DNA of 64,000 bases from Candidatus Delongbacteria bacterium (lineage in GTDB: Bacteria; CAIWAD01): the NCBI GenBank assembly GCA_963663545.1, contig OY760505.1, positions 1,184,001 to 1,248,000 on the forward strand. The letters run 5' to 3'. The notes beneath the pieces are model-generated. The model saw nothing but the letters and a program-made list of their open reading frames with translations, was not told where the DNA came from and did no database searches. Position numbers and translations under genes: made by a program. Below, piece by piece: positions 19,897 to 29,376 of this stretch (position 1 is the stretch's first letter; the number at the start of each line of letters is the position of its first letter).

Positions 19897-20382
19897 TCAG
19901 CCTTCCTGGTTCTCCTGAAAGGAGGGGTCACCATCTGTATCACGCGCCAACACTTCCAGCAATTCCTGCTGGCTGGCCAGAGCATGGCGCATCCGACTAA
20001 GAAACGCCTGCTTCTGCGTACGCAGCGCTTCCAACTCATCGTGCAGATGCTGAATACGCTTGCGCACCTGCTGCAATTGCTGTTCGGCCTTCAGCTCCGC
20101 CTCGCGCATAATCAGATCGGCTTCACGCTTGGCGTTCTCGCGAGTCTCCTCGCTGTTGGAGCGAGCAGCCAACATTGTATCACGCAGTCCCTGCTCCAGG
20201 CTGCGATAGTGATCCAAATCGCCGCGCAGTTGATCCAGCTCGCGACGCTGCTCTTCCTGTCTGCGCAACAACTGGTCGTAATCATCCGCCAGGCTGCCCA
20301 GAAAGGCGCGTACTTCATCCACGTCATATCCGCGCAGCCCGCGCGTAAACTCGGCGGATCGAATTTCCTGTACCGAAAGCAT
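19897..20382 (-). CDS. divIVA: DivIVA domain protein
   Basis: EIRSAEFTRGLRGYDVDEVRAFL followed by coiled coil. Confidence 0.92.
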   Translation of the reverse strand: MLSVQEIRSAEFTRGLRGYDVDEVRAFLGSLADDYDQLLRRQEEQRRELDQLRGDLDHYRSLEQGLRDTMLAARSNSEETRENAKREADLIMREAELKAEQQLQQVRKRIQHLHDELEALRTQKQAFLSRMRHALASQQELLEVLARDTDGDPSFQENQEG

Positions 20383-20395
20383 TCGCCCTCCCGGC

Positions 20396-20650
20396 CTACC
20401 AGCGTCCGCAAATCAAACCCGTCAGCAACCACTCAGCCAGAAAGGTGAGCAGAAAGACGACGACCGGTGACAGATCAAAGCGCCCGGCAGGCGGAACAAA
20501 TCCGCGCACTTTGGCGAAGACGGGCTCTGTGTAACGTCGGACGAATACCACAGCCGGATGCGCAGGATCCACCTCGATCCAGCTCAACACCGCAGCAACG
20601 ATAATCAGCAGACGGTAGATCTGGGCGATAAAGCCAATGACCTGATCCAT
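20396..20650 (-). CDS. yggT: YggT family membrane protein
   Basis: VLSWI...TEPVF..VR..VPP...DLSP. Confidence 0.9.
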   Translation of the reverse strand: MDQVIGFIAQIYRLLIIVAAVLSWIEVDPAHPAVVFVRRYTEPVFAKVRGFVPPAGRFDLSPVVVFLLTFLAEWLLTGLICGRW

Positions 20651-20670
20651 GGGGCCTCCTCGCTGTTCCT

Positions 20671-21372
20671 TCAGCTATACAAAAGGCTGCCGATGCGCAA
20701 CATGGTCGCGCCCTCGGCAACGGCTTCTTCGAAATCTCCGCTCATCCCCATCGACAACTCCTCGAAAGGAGTGTCACCGTAACGCGTTTTCAATTCCCTG
20801 CGCAAGGCGGCGAGTCGTTTAAATGCATCACGAGCCTCGGCGCGTGTTCCAAGCGGTGCCATTCCCATCAATCCGCGCACACGCAATCCAGGCAACTGTA
20901 ACACGGTCTCGGCTTCTGCTAGAAGGCTTTCCTTCGTGAAGCCCTGTTTCTGCTCTTCCTGTGCCACGTTGACTTCCAGCAGAAGATCCTGTATCACGCC
21001 CTGTGCAACAGCCGCTTTGCTTAGCGCCTCAGCCAACCGCAGGCTGTCAACTCCATGCAAGAGACCAAACCGCCCGACGACGAGGGCTACCTTGTTGCGC
21101 TGCAGGTGACCAATGAAATGCCATTCCACCGGCTGACACTCTGCGCATTGTGATGCAAAGAACTCAAGTTTCTGGCGTGCCGTCTGAACACGGTTCTCTG
21201 CGAAAACTTCCAATCCCGCAGCTCGCAACTCCAGCATCTGGTTCGCCTCCAGATACTTGGTCACACCGATCACCTTGACACGCTGCCCCAACGCAACAAC
21301 ACGCAGCACAGCCTCGATCCGCTCACGGATCTCTTTCAGTCTGCCTGCTACGTGCTCCCGCCCGCAGTTCAT
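20671..21372 (-). CDS. yggS: PLP homeostasis protein YggS
   Basis: IGVTK, FAENRVQ, WHFIGHLQRNK, GLMGM, LSMGMSGDFEEAVAEGATMLRIGS. Confidence 0.96.
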   Translation of the reverse strand: MNCGREHVAGRLKEIRERIEAVLRVVALGQRVKVIGVTKYLEANQMLELRAAGLEVFAENRVQTARQKLEFFASQCAECQPVEWHFIGHLQRNKVALVVGRFGLLHGVDSLRLAEALSKAAVAQGVIQDLLLEVNVAQEEQKQGFTKESLLAEAETVLQLPGLRVRGLMGMAPLGTRAEARDAFKRLAALRRELKTRYGDTPFEELSMGMSGDFEEAVAEGATMLRIGSLLYS

Positions 21373-21454
21373 CTTCGCCTCAAAATGATGGAAACAAGTA
21401 ATATAGCCGTAGCAGGGGAAGGAACAAACGCTGGTAGAAAGGAAAGGCAAGGAC

Positions 21455-22153
21455 ATGCTCAATCCGAACCGGAATCTGGTTTACTCGGTGCTCAAGCGCG
21501 GTTTGGAATTGTGGTCGATGGAATTCGTGCGATTTCTCGCCTTCGGCCTCTTCATGGTCCTGCTTTCGACAGCTGCAGGCATGCTACCAATCATCGGTCT
21601 TGCGTTGGGATTGGCAATTGAAGGCCCCCTGGTTGCAGGTCTTCTCGTCGCCGCAAAGCTTACCGCCAACGGCGAAACACCGACGCTGCAGGCCTTTGCA
21701 GAAGGCGGGCGTCGCTTCGAGAGCCTATTACTGCTCTCGCTAGTCTCGCAGCTGATCTGTCTGCTAGGAGGCATTTTGTTGGTTGTCCCCTATTTCCTTT
21801 TGAGCACAGCATTGGCTGTTGTACTTCCGGTGATGGTCTTCGAACAGCTGCCGTTGCGCGATTGCCTTGTTCGCTCCTGGCAATTGGTACGGCCGCGCTT
21901 TCTTCCCGTCCTGGGCTTGATTGTCATTGTCGAGCTAATTCAGGGAGTACTTTCCCTGCCGTTACTGAAGCAGATGATCAGCTCGACACAGCCTGCGCCG
22001 AACGTGCTTTTTCCTGTGTTACTCGGCATGATGTTGTTGGGCCCGCTGATGGGAATCTGGACCTGGCTGCTCTATGAGGCGCTGGCCCATCCCACTGATC
22101 GCAGTGCGTGGACAGATGATCTCGAACCCGCCAAGGGCGAGGATGCGGATTAG
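21455..22153 (+). CDS. Hypothetical multi-pass membrane protein
   Basis: About 5 hydrophobic segments; pattern GPL.AG...RSWQLV. Confidence 0.75.
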   Translation: MLNPNRNLVYSVLKRGLELWSMEFVRFLAFGLFMVLLSTAAGMLPIIGLALGLAIEGPLVAGLLVAAKLTANGETPTLQAFAEGGRRFESLLLLSLVSQLICLLGGILLVVPYFLLSTALAVVLPVMVFEQLPLRDCLVRSWQLVRPRFLPVLGLIVIVELIQGVLSLPLLKQMISSTQPAPNVLFPVLLGMMLLGPLMGIWTWLLYEALAHPTDRSAWTDDLEPAKGEDAD

Positions 22154-23421
22154 GACATGCGCTGAAGCACCGCCATGAAAGTGCCGTCGTGATCGCCGCA
22201 GGAAGGGTCAAGTCGTAGCCAGCCTTTGCAGACGGGTCCACCAAGAGGATGGGGAAAATCGCAAAGGGCGAATTGATCGTTCTCGGCAAGGAATTCGCGC
22301 ACCTGATCCTCGTTTTCCTCGGGAAGCAAGCTGCAAGTAGAATACACCAGTCGCCCCCCTACACGCAGACGTCGAGCGGCGATGCGCAGCAGACGGGCTT
22401 GAATATCGAGCAACTCGCCAAAACTCTCGACGCCCTGGCGAGCGCGCAAATCCGGATTGCGCCGCAGCGTGCCACTGTTGGAACAGGGTGCATCAACGAG
22501 CACACCGTGGTAGGGCTGCCCACCCGGTGGGATTTGGCCATCCCAGTGATACAACTGCAAATTGAACTGCTGAGTGCGACGCGCGCGACGACGTAACTCG
22601 CGCAGACGTCCCTCGTGGATGTCGCACGCCATTACCAGCCCACGCCCCTCCATCATCGATGCGAGTTGCAGCGTCTTGCCACCCGCTCCGGCACACAAGT
22701 CCAGCCAGCGTTGGCCAGGCTTTGGATCACAACAAATGCCGATTGCCTGGCTCGCTGGATCCTGTAACACAAAAACGCCCTCTCGAAAGGCGCGCGTGCT
22801 GTAAATATCCTGTCGGCAAATGGCGCGCACGCAGCCCGACAACACTGGGTGCGGACGCAACTCGCGCAAGCCGGGTCCGATCATTTCCTTCAACTCGGCG
22901 GAAGACAGAGTACTGCGCAACCAGAGCGTTGGTGGCCTTACGCTGGCAACAGCCAAACGCCAAGCGTCAATATCGCGTGGCAAACGCGTGAGGATCCATT
23001 CTGGAAGCAGATTCTCAGGAGTGGGTTCGGCAAGCTGAAAACGCTGTCCAATCCAAGTCAGCTTCTTTTGCAGCAACTCAAGTTCGGCCAGATCGACAGA
23101 ACCCAGCTCACGGCCAGGATTCATCGCCTGCCAGGGTACGCTCTCAGGACCGCGCGGCGCGAGCGCGGGTTGATCTTCGAGCAAACACGCGGCCTGTAAA
23201 GCTTCTTCCAACGGCAAGCGCTCAGGCAGAACCGTAAACCAGTGATACCAGGCACGAACGATGTACAGCATGCGGGCACGTGTATCACCCGACAGATCTT
23301 CTTCGCGGAAAAGCAGGCTCAGCGTTCGATCGGCGCGATGGCCCTCTTGCACGGCTTGAATAACGCGGTGCAAAAGTGTTAGCTCCGATACGTGCTGGCT
23401 ACGTTGTCCGCGCTGCGTCAT
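22150..23421 (-). CDS. RsmB/NOP2 family RNA m5C methyltransferase
   Basis: QDPASQ, LDLCAGAGGKT, LVDAPCSNSGTLRRNPD, LVYSTCS..PEENE. Confidence 0.95.
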   Translation of the reverse strand: MTQRGQRSQHVSELTLLHRVIQAVQEGHRADRTLSLLFREEDLSGDTRARMLYIVRAWYHWFTVLPERLPLEEALQAACLLEDQPALAPRGPESVPWQAMNPGRELGSVDLAELELLQKKLTWIGQRFQLAEPTPENLLPEWILTRLPRDIDAWRLAVASVRPPTLWLRSTLSSAELKEMIGPGLRELRPHPVLSGCVRAICRQDIYSTRAFREGVFVLQDPASQAIGICCDPKPGQRWLDLCAGAGGKTLQLASMMEGRGLVMACDIHEGRLRELRRRARRTQQFNLQLYHWDGQIPPGGQPYHGVLVDAPCSNSGTLRRNPDLRARQGVESFGELLDIQARLLRIAARRLRVGGRLVYSTCSLLPEENEDQVREFLAENDQFALCDFPHPLGGPVCKGWLRLDPSCGDHDGTFMAVLQRMS

Positions 23422-23422
23422 A

Positions 23423-24193
23423 CTAGGCTCCCGATCCACGATGAACAACTGTTGCAGCGGCCTGACAAGTGGGGAAAAGGACGATCTCACTCACCTGCAC
23501 ATGCGGTGGTTGTGTCACAACCCAGCGCACGGCCTCGGCGACATCTGCTGGTCCGAGCGGTGTCAGATCGTGATACACGGCATCAGCCTTGCCCTTGTCA
23601 CCGCGAAATCGTGTCACAGAAAACTCTGTCTCTACAAGTCCGGGATCGATGGTTGTAACACGCAACGGTGTGCGCACCAGATCCATTCCCAGTCCACGTG
23701 TCAGTGCAAGTTCCGCCGCCTTGGTGGCGCAATAGACAGCGCCGCCAGGATAGGTCTGTCGCCCGGCAATAGAGCCGATATTGACGATGTGGCCACGACC
23801 GCGCTCGATCATGCCCGGCACAATGGCGCGCGTCATGGTCAGCAAAGCACGCACATTGGTGTCAAGAACAACATCCCATTCGGCGGGATCACCCTCTTGC
23901 AGTGGATCCACGCCAATAGCGAGGCCAGCATTGTTCACCAGCACATCAATGGCCGAAAAGTCCTCGGGCAGCTCCGACAAGGCGCGCAAAACCTCTTCAC
24001 GCTGGCGAAGATCAACAACCAGCGGAAACACACGACAGCCGCAAGTTGACAACTCTGCAGCCAGAGCTTCGAGACGATCGCGGCGACGTGCTACGGCAAT
24101 CAAATCGTAACCGGCATGGGCCAGGACTCGGCATGTATCGCGACCGATTCCGGCAGAAGCTCCGGTAACAAGTGCTACAGAACGTTTTTCCAT
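23423..24193 (-). CDS. Short-chain dehydrogenase (YdfG-like)
   Basis: TGASAGIG, NNAG, GSIAG, YCATK, DPGLVETEFS. Confidence 0.95.
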   Translation of the reverse strand: MEKRSVALVTGASAGIGRDTCRVLAHAGYDLIAVARRRDRLEALAAELSTCGCRVFPLVVDLRQREEVLRALSELPEDFSAIDVLVNNAGLAIGVDPLQEGDPAEWDVVLDTNVRALLTMTRAIVPGMIERGRGHIVNIGSIAGRQTYPGGAVYCATKAAELALTRGLGMDLVRTPLRVTTIDPGLVETEFSVTRFRGDKGKADAVYHDLTPLGPADVAEAVRWVVTQPPHVQVSEIVLFPTCQAAATVVHRGSGA

Positions 24194-24203
24194 AGTAATC
24201 CTT

Positions 24204-24968
24204 TCAGCGATGCAGCCTCTCTACGATGGGCATCGACAGGCAGTGCGGGAGGAAACGGGCCAATCGGTAGGTCCAGGCACTGGCAGCGTCAGGAAAGATC
24301 AAGCGATGGCCACGCTTCCAATCACGATAAGCGATGGTAGCCACTCGTTCAGCGCGTTGCATCCGCCTGTTGAACAGGGTGCTTTGCGCCATGCCCGCTT
24401 CATCAGCAAAGCCTGTTTTCACCGGACCAGGACACAAGCATGAAACGTGAAGCGCTGTGTCACGAAGCTCGTAATGCAACGCTTCAGCAAAGTGTGTCAC
24501 GAAAGACTTGCTGGCGTAATACAAAGCCATCAGTGGACCGGGCAAAGCTGCTGCAATAGAGGCAACAAAGAGAATACCGCCGGCGTTGCGCTCTTTCATT
24601 CCTGGCAGCAGAAGACGCGTAAGCTCGACCGGCGCAGCCATATTCACAGACATCAATTCCAGCTGTCTACGGTAGTCCTGCTCATGAAAAACACCGCCCA
24701 TACCAAAGCCGGCATTATTCACCAGCACGTCTACTTTCAGATCACGCTCGTCCAGCAACCAGCAAAGCCGCCGGGCGCTTTCGTGATCCGCAAGGTTCAG
24801 CGGTATGCACTCGCAGCTGCGGCCGTGTTCCCGTTTCAGCTCACGCGCCAGTTGATAGAGTTCGTCCTCCCGGCGAGCAATGAGAACCAGGCTGTAGCCA
24901 TCTTTGGCGAATTCGCGTGCTAGTGCGCGTCCAATTCCAGAGGAAGCGCCGGTAATCAGTGCAAGCAT
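24204..24968 (-). CDS. Short-chain dehydrogenase
   Basis: ALITGASSGIG, NNAGFG, YYASK, CPGPVKTGF. Confidence 0.93.
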   Translation of the reverse strand: MLALITGASSGIGRALAREFAKDGYSLVLIARREDELYQLARELKREHGRSCECIPLNLADHESARRLCWLLDERDLKVDVLVNNAGFGMGGVFHEQDYRRQLELMSVNMAAPVELTRLLLPGMKERNAGGILFVASIAAALPGPLMALYYASKSFVTHFAEALHYELRDTALHVSCLCPGPVKTGFADEAGMAQSTLFNRRMQRAERVATIAYRDWKRGHRLIFPDAASAWTYRLARFLPHCLSMPIVERLHR

Positions 24969-25182
24969 GGAGTCTTTCCTTAAACGAAGGAGCAATATCC
25001 CTTTAGCCGGCCGCTGGAACAAACCTGCAACCAAAGACCGATCGCACTTGCAGGGCATGGCCGGATGCATTTGCCTTCATTTTGAACTCACACGTATCAC
25101 GGAGGTTGGCCCGAAAGCACCCAATGCCATACCTTATTGTATGGAATACAATGGCCCAGTGCCACCGGCGAAACGGGAGTGA

Positions 25183-26691
25183 ATGATGCCCAATGCTATT
25201 GATCTGTTAAAGGAACGGCTGTACACAGTACTTGATCTAAACTCAGCTGCTGGCGTGCTTAGTTGGGACCAGCACACCTACATGCCGAAGGGCGGACTCG
25301 AGGCACGCGTACGCCAGATGACAACCCTTGAATCCATGTCTCACGAGGTTTTCAGTGCCAGCGCTACCGGGGAGTTGCTGGCCCGTGCGGAAGAAGCTGT
25401 GGCAAAGCTCGATCCAGAGAGCGATGAAGCACGTATGGTGCGTGTGATACGTCGCGAATACAATCAGGCTGTCAAATTGCCAGCAGCGTTAGTCGAAGAA
25501 AAGTCGCGTATCACGGGAAAGGCGATGGATGCCTGGATGGCATGTAAACCGGCCAATGATTTCGCCGGTTTTCGTCCCCATCTGGAAGCGATCTTCTCCA
25601 TTTGCCGTCGTGAAGCCGAAGCCCTGGGCTATGCCGAGCAACCCTATGATGCCCTGCTCGGGAGATACGAGCCCGGCATGCTTACCAGCAAACTCAAGGC
25701 GGTCTTTGATGAGGTAAAGCAGGATCTCGTCCCGCTTTGCAAGAGCATTTTTGAGCGCAACAGTCAGGTGGACGACGCGTGTCTGTACGGCGATTTTGAT
25801 CCGCAGGCGCAGTGGGATCTTGGCATTAGTGTGTTGGAAGCCATGGGCTACAATTTCGACAATGGTCGCCAGGACCAAAGCCCACACCCCTTCACTACTG
25901 AATTCGGCGTCGGGGACGTGCGTGTTACAACGCGCATTCATCGCGACGACTTCAAGGCCGGGCTCTTTGGCACTATGCACGAAGGCGGTCATGCGCTATA
26001 CGAGCAAAACGTATCACAGCTCTACGATCGCACCTATCTGGCAGGTGGAACGAGTCTGGGAATTCACGAGAGTCAGAGTCGTCTATGGGAGAACCTGGTT
26101 GGCCGTAGCCCGCAGTTCTGCCAGTGGCTCTTCCCGCGTGTACGCAAGCTATTTCCCGCGCAATTCGGTCAAATGGATGATACGGCCTTCTACCGTGCTA
26201 TCAATCGCGTGAAACCCAGCCTGATTCGCATCGAGGCCGATGAAGTAACCTACAGTCTGCACGTCTTCCTGCGCTTCGAGCTAGAATTGGAACTGCTTTC
26301 AGGGGAACTGAAGGTGGCCGATTTGCCTGAAGCCTGGAACGCAAAGATGCAGAGTTACCTGGGCATCAAGCCCGCAAGCGACAAAGAAGGCTGTCTGCAG
26401 GACATGCACTGGTCCGACGCAACGGTAGGCTACTTCCCCACTTATGCGCTGGGTAATCTCTACGGCGTGCAGATCTGGAACACAGCCCACAAGCGCCTTC
26501 CACAATTGAAACAACAGCTGGCACAGGGCGATCTGACGCCCTTGCGCGAATGGCTGAGCGACCAGGTATACACTCACGGTCGCAAGTACGATGCGCCGGA
26601 ACTGGTGCAACGTATCACGGGCGAGCCACTGAAGGCCAAGTACTTCGTCGAGTATTTGCGCGAAAAGTACACACCCGTCTACGGCCTGTAA
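25183..26691 (+). CDS. Carboxypeptidase, M32 family
   Basis: WDQ.TYMP, HPF, DVRVTTR, HEGGHALYEQ, HESQS, IRIEADE, QDMHW, GYFPTY. Confidence 0.97.
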   Translation: MMPNAIDLLKERLYTVLDLNSAAGVLSWDQHTYMPKGGLEARVRQMTTLESMSHEVFSASATGELLARAEEAVAKLDPESDEARMVRVIRREYNQAVKLPAALVEEKSRITGKAMDAWMACKPANDFAGFRPHLEAIFSICRREAEALGYAEQPYDALLGRYEPGMLTSKLKAVFDEVKQDLVPLCKSIFERNSQVDDACLYGDFDPQAQWDLGISVLEAMGYNFDNGRQDQSPHPFTTEFGVGDVRVTTRIHRDDFKAGLFGTMHEGGHALYEQNVSQLYDRTYLAGGTSLGIHESQSRLWENLVGRSPQFCQWLFPRVRKLFPAQFGQMDDTAFYRAINRVKPSLIRIEADEVTYSLHVFLRFELELELLSGELKVADLPEAWNAKMQSYLGIKPASDKEGCLQDMHWSDATVGYFPTYALGNLYGVQIWNTAHKRLPQLKQQLAQGDLTPLREWLSDQVYTHGRKYDAPELVQRITGEPLKAKYFVEYLREKYTPVYGL

Positions 26692-26713
26692 CACGCGTCG
26701 ACATAGTATTACG

Positions 26714-26737
26714 AGGGGCCGGAAAACCGGCCCTTTG
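26714..26737. terminator. Intrinsic terminator
   Basis: GGGCCGG-AAAA-CCGGCCC-TTTG between convergent genes. Confidence 0.7.
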
Positions 26738-26740
26738 TTG

Positions 26741-27316
26741 TTAGGTCTCGGCCAGCGCCTTTAGTGCCCAGGCCATGTTCTCGCCAAGAGTGTGCATGGT
26801 TCGCAGGCCTTCCTCATCCTGATGAATATCGCCCGGCTCACGTCCAATACCCAGATTCCAGTAACTACTACCGACAACCATCATCTCGTTGACAAGAAAG
26901 AAGTGATTAATGGTATCGAAGGCGTGAAGTGCACCAGCGCGTCTCACAGCGATCACCGCAGCACCCAGTTTTCGCCGCAGCAGGTTCCGGCCTCTACACA
27001 CATACCCCACCCGGTCAATAAAGGCTTTGGTCTCTGCGGTTACATCGGTGAAATAGACGGGGGACCCTATCAGCAACGCATCAGCCTCCAGCACGCGCGG
27101 AATCAGCTCATTGATGCCGTCCTTGGTAATCACGCAGCCAGGGTGTTCACGCTCGAAGCACTTGCGACAGGCCGTGCAGCCGTGAATGGGCTGTCCGCCA
27201 ATCTGCAGCGTATCACATTCAATGCCCTCCTTGCGCAGGGACAGAAACACTTGTTCGATGAGCTGTGCCGTGTTTCCGCCTTTTCGTGGACTACCGTTGA
27301 TCGCCAGAACCTTCAT
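26741..27316 (-). CDS. Flavodoxin-fold iron-sulfur flavoprotein (NADPH-dependent FMN reductase family)
   Basis: INGSPRKGGNT, CTACRKC......C, GSPVYF, RRAG. Confidence 0.93.
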   Translation of the reverse strand: MKVLAINGSPRKGGNTAQLIEQVFLSLRKEGIECDTLQIGGQPIHGCTACRKCFEREHPGCVITKDGINELIPRVLEADALLIGSPVYFTDVTAETKAFIDRVGYVCRGRNLLRRKLGAAVIAVRRAGALHAFDTINHFFLVNEMMVVGSSYWNLGIGREPGDIHQDEEGLRTMHTLGENMAWALKALAET

Positions 27317-27404
27317 GCTTCTTCTCCTTTCGTGATACAAACAACATAGGGTAGAGCGACTACTTGCGCTTCCTTACTTTGCCAACAATCGAAAGGAGCC
27401 TCTC

Positions 27405-29183
27405 ATGAACCGATACCTGTTTGTTTCGCTGCTCCTGCTCTGCAGCGTCGGACCGATCCTGGCGCAAGAGATCTGCGTCTACCTGCAGGACCCCGACCAC
27501 AATATTGCCTATGTCGACAGTTGTGCCGCCTTCTGGGAAGGCGTCTGGGATGATGATCAGGGCGGCTTTTACACGAACGTCAGTCGCAGCGGCGGTGTCA
27601 CAGGAACCGCCAAGAACATGCTGACACAGACACGTAACGCATACGGCATGGTACGCGCCTTCATGCTCACCGGTGACACACAATGGCTTGCGCTGGCTCG
27701 GGAGGCGCTCTGGTGGATGCACGAGCACGCTTGGGATGAAAGCTATGGTGGATGGTTTGCCGAGTTAGATGAGGATGGTGATCCCACAAATCCTAACGGC
27801 GGGAAGTCTGCGTTTGACGCACACTACGCGCTATTGGGTCTGGCGGCATACGTTGAGGCGACACAGGATACCACCGCCTGGCGCTGGCTCCTGGAGGGCT
27901 ACGACTATCTGGAAGAGGTCTTCTGGGATGATCGCGACGACTACTTCGGCTACTACGACTGGGTCTACCGCGACGGCAGCAATCCTCACGGCAAGAGCTT
28001 CAATGCCACCGTAGATGCCATTACCACACATTGCCTGCTCTTGGAGCTGATGCAAGGCGATCCAGCCTACAACGCACGGCTGAATGAGCTCGCTGACAAC
28101 ATTGTAACCCACCTGGTGGGTAGCATGGACGACCAGGTGATCGGCTTTGCCGAGGAATACGATATCGACTGGACACCTGACAACGGTGAAACCATGACCA
28201 TCATGGGTCACGTGCTAAAAGCTGCCTGGTGTCTGGGGCGCATCTCGCGTGTCACGGGCGATGCCAGTTTGCTGGAACCCGCCAACCGCCTGTTCACAAA
28301 TGTCTGGGAAATGGGCTACGACCACGAGTACGGCGGCCCCTACAAGGACTACAACCGGCTGACGGGCGATATGCTGATGTGGGGCAATCCCGACACCACC
28401 AAAGCCTGGTGGCAGATGGAACAGGCGGTGATGGCCGGTCTTGAACTGAACGGTCTGCTGGGCGAGGACACGCGCCCAATTACTATGGCCGACAGCAGCC
28501 TGCACTTTTTCATGAACTACTTCGTGGATCACACCTATGGTGAGATCTACGAAAATCGCACGCGTGAGGGGGAGGAAACGTGGGGGACGACCAAGGGCAA
28601 TGGATCCAAGGCTGGCTACCACTCCATTGAAACCGGCTATTACAGTTACCTCTACGGACATCTATTGTATCACGGCGGCCACGCATCGTTGTACTACAGT
28701 TTTACGCCTGTCGACTACGACCGCCAATTGTCGCTGACGCCCATCGCAGTGGATGCCGCAGGTCTGGAGATAGTGGCTGTATCACACGAAGGCAACGAGT
28801 ACACCAATTTCAGCAGTGACACGCGCATCCTGACCTTGCCCGCAGGCACCGGAGGTATCTTTCTGGTGGAGTTCGCCCCCAACTCAAATACGCTGCCCGC
28901 AGCTCCCCGGACGCGGCCCGAAGAATTGCGCTTGCTGAGTTGCTATCCCAACCCCTTCAATGCCGCGTTGAACATCGAGTTTGAACTGGCCCATGCCGCA
29001 CGTATCACGCTGAGCGTCTACAACCTCATTGGCCAACGTGTGCGGCAGCCAGTTGCCGCCGACTACAGCTCCGGTCGCCATCAGCTCAACCTGAGTCTGG
29101 AAGATCAACCCACTGGAAACTACTTCGTGCGCCTGGACAATGGATCACAGATGACAATGGCCAGAGTCTTGATGCTGAAGTGA
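27405..29183 (+). CDS. Secreted AGE/cellobiose 2-epimerase-family protein with C-terminal sorting domain
   Basis: Signal peptide; WDDDQGGF, QTRNAY, WDESYGGW, GHVLK, WWQMEQ, KAGYH; CTD YPNPFN...YFVRL. Confidence 0.85.
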   Translation: MNRYLFVSLLLLCSVGPILAQEICVYLQDPDHNIAYVDSCAAFWEGVWDDDQGGFYTNVSRSGGVTGTAKNMLTQTRNAYGMVRAFMLTGDTQWLALAREALWWMHEHAWDESYGGWFAELDEDGDPTNPNGGKSAFDAHYALLGLAAYVEATQDTTAWRWLLEGYDYLEEVFWDDRDDYFGYYDWVYRDGSNPHGKSFNATVDAITTHCLLLELMQGDPAYNARLNELADNIVTHLVGSMDDQVIGFAEEYDIDWTPDNGETMTIMGHVLKAAWCLGRISRVTGDASLLEPANRLFTNVWEMGYDHEYGGPYKDYNRLTGDMLMWGNPDTTKAWWQMEQAVMAGLELNGLLGEDTRPITMADSSLHFFMNYFVDHTYGEIYENRTREGEETWGTTKGNGSKAGYHSIETGYYSYLYGHLLYHGGHASLYYSFTPVDYDRQLSLTPIAVDAAGLEIVAVSHEGNEYTNFSSDTRILTLPAGTGGIFLVEFAPNSNTLPAAPRTRPEELRLLSCYPNPFNAALNIEFELAHAARITLSVYNLIGQRVRQPVAADYSSGRHQLNLSLEDQPTGNYFVRLDNGSQMTMARVLMLK

Positions 29184-29213
29184 CGCAGACATAACTACGC
29201 TACTCCGCCAAAA

Positions 29214-29252
29214 GAGAGAAGCCCCCGGCCGACAAGGTCCGGGGGCTTCTCT
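29214..29252. terminator. Bidirectional intrinsic terminator
   Basis: AGAGAAGCCCCCGG...CCGGGGGCTTCTCT. Confidence 0.8.
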
Positions 29253-29376
29253 GATCATCAGCGCATGTGTCGCAGGACACGGGTCATGGCAAAAGACGTG
29301 CGCTATCCGTTAGGCAAATCAATCACCACTGATCTGCTGCAACTTCATGCAAAGCGTTTCCTGAACTCAGACGGCC

